DNA of 64,000 nucleotides, from NCBI GenBank assembly GCA_976226885.1, contig OZ320321.1, positions 75,330,001 through 75,394,000 on the forward strand, given 5' to 3'. The translations under genes were made by a program, and so were the position numbers. Below the pieces are notes generated by a model. That model made no database searches, was not told the DNA's origin, and saw only the letters and a list, made by a program, of their open reading frames with translations. The stretch is from Iphione sp. A-MEVVRFRX5 (lineage: Eukaryota). Shown one piece after another: positions 59,700 to 64,000 of this stretch. Numbering within the stretch: the stretch's first letter is position 1; each line of letters starts with the position of its first letter.

Positions 59700-61400
59700 T
59701 AAAACGTAGTATATAGATCAGATAGGAAGGAGAAACATAGGGGTTAGGATAGCGATTTATGTAAAGGACTGCCATAGCACAAATATAATGTTAAAGGACT
59801 GTTTACTATTAAGAAAAACAGTGATCGAGCAACTATGGTTAAAATTAACAATTAATATTAGGAATTTTTTATTGGGAGTATGTATATGCCAGCCATGGGT
59901 AACACAAATACGTTTTATGAACTATTAGGAGAGAGGTAAGAGATAGTAGAGAATGATGATGTAATCATGGGACATGATTCCAACATAGATAAATGCTGGA
60001 AGAATTATTGGGGTCTGGACGAGGAGGGACTGCTGTATGGGCTGTGGATAAAGGTGAATATTCCAGAAAATAGAGCAAGTGAGATGAATCGACTATACCA
60101 GGATAGCCATAATACTCCTGATAAATTTTGGAAGGGACTTCAAAAGATCACAAGTGGTAAAAAATGCAATAAAAAATTGAAAAACATTTTTCTACATGAT
60201 CAAGACCAAGTAATACCTGATAAGAAAACTGCCCACTATATGAATGCATTTTATGCAGACATTAGTGTCAAGTTACGAAAGAGGTTTTGTCCATCAAACA
60301 GACAATATGATTACACTGTCTTGATTTATGGTCAAGTTGTATTTTCTCCAGTTCAGCCTCATGAACTAACTAAATTCATTTGACAGTTAAAATTGGCTAA
60401 ACCATTCTGCACTTTTAATGTGAACATATAACAGAGTGCATGTATTATAGTAGCATAACATTTTTCCTGGTGCCAGAGTGAGATAAGCACTCAATAGTAT
60501 TCTAGATACAAAACATCTATGCAATTTTAAAATATGTATGGAACATATAATGGTGGTACTGTTTGATCCCCTTGAGCAGTCAGATAAAAAACAACCTGAA
60601 AGAATGCCAGCCATATGATGATACAACACTACAAGGTGCAGGGCTGAAGTGTTCAACCGGGAATAAAAGTCTGACTGAGGTATTCAACCACTGCTTCATT
60701 TCTGAGCTTAATGTCCATGGAATACATGTATTGACATGGTTTTGAACACAGTTGTGTTCAATTTGAATTGGAGTGCATTGTGTGGATGATCAGAAAAATC
60801 TCCTGAGCATGGAAGTTTCCAAATGCCTGATACCTATCCTAACCGACTCCCGTCTACAAGAAGGGGGACAGAATATAATGAGTAATTGACCTATTGCTGA
60901 AATATGTCATGATGCAAAATTAACTGTAAAAATCGATGCAACAGGTAGACAGCCTAAGACAGTCTCAGGCAAAACTACGACAGGTTCAATATGTTACTTG
61001 AAGAATAATCAAGATAGGCTTTCCAAGGCCAAAAGACGAAATTCTCCTTATCAGATTTTGATATCAAATTTGAAATCAGATTTTGTAAACAATGTCATTT
61101 GACCACAGAATGACATAAAAAGGCACTGGGTCAATTACAGCCTGCTATCAATCTTACTGGATCCTGCAAAACTTTGTGAGACCTGCTTCATGTCGGCCAT
61201 TATGGATTCTATTGAGACTAGAGAGAAACTAGAAGCCCAGGCCAACATGAGTTCTGAGGTGGGCACAGCATAGCAAAAGGGGTTGTTCACATGCTGCCTG
61301 TGAACATGAAAATAGTCTTTTGGTGTTTGACCTTAAGAAGGCATTCAACTTGGTGTTCCATCTCAGGGAAGTCCATCAGGTGGCCCTGAAAACCGAAGAC
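59700..61400 (+). mobile_element. Highly eroded APE-RT LINE remnant
   Basis: Scattered motifs: AIYVK, IGSMYMP, MGHDSNI, PVYKKGD and KKAF-like segments. Confidence 0.5.
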
Positions 61401-63326
61401 AGTTTAGGAGGTGTCAGGATTAGTGCCACAAGGCACTGTTTTTGGCTGCATTCTGTCTTGTGACTGATTCAATTGTATAAATCTTAAGTCCTAACTGTGA
61501 GCCAATGTTCTATACTGATGAATTATCACTGTAAGATTATGTAGCAGACCTTCTCAGGCTTCATATGAAGGTGAAGTGTGTTATGTAGGGTATGGCCCTC
61601 TGGTGGGAGTTTGAAGGTCTGCTTTTCGTCACCACCAAGTGTACCCTCTAGGGCGAGCAGTGAGGGATACCATGTGATGAAGCATAGAGTAGAAATTTGA
61701 GATCCCAACCAACCTGAAAAGAGCTGATCAATTCTCTAAACTTACTTCTAAGACACCTTATGTCACAGTAAGGGTCTTCTATAGATGCTCTTAGGATGAC
61801 ACATACAGAGGATACTCCAAAACCAAACGATTGCCATTTCCACCAAAATCGTTCAGTTTTTTGATAATTTGGATTTCGAATAGTGGCCTAGGCCACTGTC
61901 AATTTCACTCGGTTAGGGGGGGCCCGGGGCCCTACCTCAACACTATGCATACCTATACAAATTAAATAAATCATATCATGAATGCGACTGGGCTAGACTC
62001 AAGCTAACAGGTGTCCACCGAAGTGCAAGCTCATCAAACGGTAGCACTTCCATTTGATTTTAATGAACTTGGGGGAGAGCCACCAGGCTGGCAGGTGTCA
62101 ACTGAGGTGTGAGCTCATCAAAGGGCAGGGTATACCTCTGATTTTAACAAACTTTGGGGGGGGCTACCGGGCTCACATTCATCTCGTCTGAAAATCAGCA
62201 AACTTCAGGCAAATTTGTCTGAAAATTGGCAAAAATGGTCCTTATTCATCCGAAAATTGCCAAACTCAGCCAAATTCAGCCAAAAATGGTCCGAATTCAT
62301 CCAAAAATAGTTTGGATTTTGAATAAAAATGTTTGGTTATATGAGTGTCTAAATAAAGAAATATGTTTGGTTCCCAGAAATATTGTTCATATTTCGGAAA
62401 ATTCTTTTTTTGAGTGTTTTCTTAATTTGAGTCCAACACAATTCATTCAACACAATACAGTAGCCAACACAATGTGGATAGTGTAAAAAAGGGACCTGGA
62501 GTCCTCTATAGGGATGTCTGTCCTAGCTCAATGAATTCAGATGGTTGTTGCAATGAAACAACATGACTAGTCAGCAATTTTTTATTGACTGAACCTTTCA
62601 TAGAGACACTTTCTGCAGATAGTTTTGCCCACCTAATATTCAGCTTGTAACCTAGTTGAAAAAATTATTCTAATAGCTTCGAGTGTGCTTCTTTCAGTCA
62701 ATGGGCCTACGTCCAATGGAATCTTTCTGGAGAGAGATAGAGAGGGAGGGAGAGAGGGTGAAAGAGCCGAAACAAGGCAAATAAATGGAATAGCTACTTG
62801 TTGAGTGCATGAAACAGTGCTCTATATATCATGGTACATGTAATATGAAGCAGGCAATCAGGTGATATTGCATCACAACCATGAAATATAGGATTACACA
62901 TCATTTTCAAGCTATATGATAACAAGACTTCAAATAACACTTGCTGATGCTAAATTGAAACACAGTTCTGTTAATGGTAGAATGTATCATTAGAAAAAAA
63001 CATTCCAAAAGCACTGTATTTCGTGTAGTGTACAGATATAAGAGATTGAAGTAAAGTATTGTACAAAGTATGTTGAGAATATCAGGTTGTCATTTAAACA
63101 ACTTCAATTGTGATCGTTTATATGGTTTATATGGTAACAAATCACCAGCACACCAGGCCCAATCATTGATCTTGAAGGACCTCAGCTATAGATTTTCATA
63201 TTTTCTCACCCTCTTTGTCCTCTTTTCTTCTTTTAATATTTTTTGTAGTTTTCAATATAGTGTTACAAGGATTCTTTGACAAAGTCAAAGACATTGACTG
63301 AGTTACATTTTTTGTATGGCCGATTA

Positions 63327-63601
63327 TCAATTGTTTGGGCTCATCCGAAGTTCATACATTTTCTGATAGTAAGGCATATTATCTTCAATGAGACTCCTAA
63401 TATCATCTGGAAGAATAAGTGTATCGGTAGAGCTTGGTGTTTTATTTGCGTGTAGGTTAAAGCCCTTTGACTCTAGCATATCTGTTACCCAAGGAATCCA
63501 ACTCTCAAAAACTTTCATGTTCTTCACTGGATGTTCCCAGTTTACCATCTTCTCTTGAAATTCAATGCCCACTTTGCTGCAGTATTGTCTCAGCATGTGT
63601 T
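63327..63601 (-). CDS. Terminal coding exon of a sulfotransferase-like gene, probably an upstream tandem paralog
   Basis: tttcag|AA CAC ATG; (E)HMLRQYCSKVGIEFQEKMVNW..W..DMLESKGF..YQKMY..stop. Phase-1 start fits exon 4, but it lies 5' of exon 1 on the minus strand. Confidence 0.88.
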
Positions 63602-64000
63602 CTGAAATATATTGACATAGCAACGTGACACAAAATTTCTTTTATGACATTAACACTGTATCTAGTAGGTAGGGAACATCTTCTCCTATATTTGGCTTTT
63701 TGAATTTTTAAAGGTGCACAAGTGGTTGTTGAATTAGGCCTAGACAAAACATATCTGTGTTTTCAGTAACCTGACCGAAGATGCATTTTAGCATACTGAA
63801 ACTTTTATTTTCCTTTGTTTTTTGAATAACTTCAGAATCAATAATGAGTGAGGCATGTTCTATACACCAAATTGCTCCCTAGGCTACTGGCTTTCATTTG
63901 ATTTAAGTTTTATTACAATCTTAGTTGTACACGTGATGTAACCATATGCATTTCTTTGTACCAGCTTGAATTAACATTGAAAAAAAAGAAAAATAAAACA

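Overview
Animal (most likely invertebrate) genomic DNA, mostly nested retroelement sequence. A host gene absent from the ORF track lies on the minus strand. Four coding exons (46662-46573, 45998-45866, 33225-33064, 20060-19935) splice in compatible phases into a sulfotransferase-like P-loop protein. A matching terminal exon (63601-63327) lies upstream of exon 1, so it probably belongs to a tandem paralog. The introns and flanks hold: an apparently intact Ngaro/PAT-type tyrosine-recombinase retrotransposon with split direct repeats (27851-32619) and a decayed relative (~8980-12735); a Neptune-type Penelope-like element (PLE) inserted as a head-to-head inversion with a 19-bp TSD; fragments of two further PLEs; five or six APE-RT LINEs; three Ty3/Gypsy-type families; MITE-like elements, two carrying their own satellite arrays; and tRNA-derived repeats. 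Best leads: (1) splice sites conserved in both YR retrotransposons that would fuse N-terminal Gag to the ATG-less recombinase; (2) a PLE hammerhead ribozyme split by a ~270-nt loop III, with a second hammerhead next to it; (3) a twin-priming signature at the PLE inversion; (4) dense TCF+Cdx/Hox and heat-shock motif clusters. No database searches or folding were run. All family assignments come from motif recognition, and novelty has not been checked against the literature.
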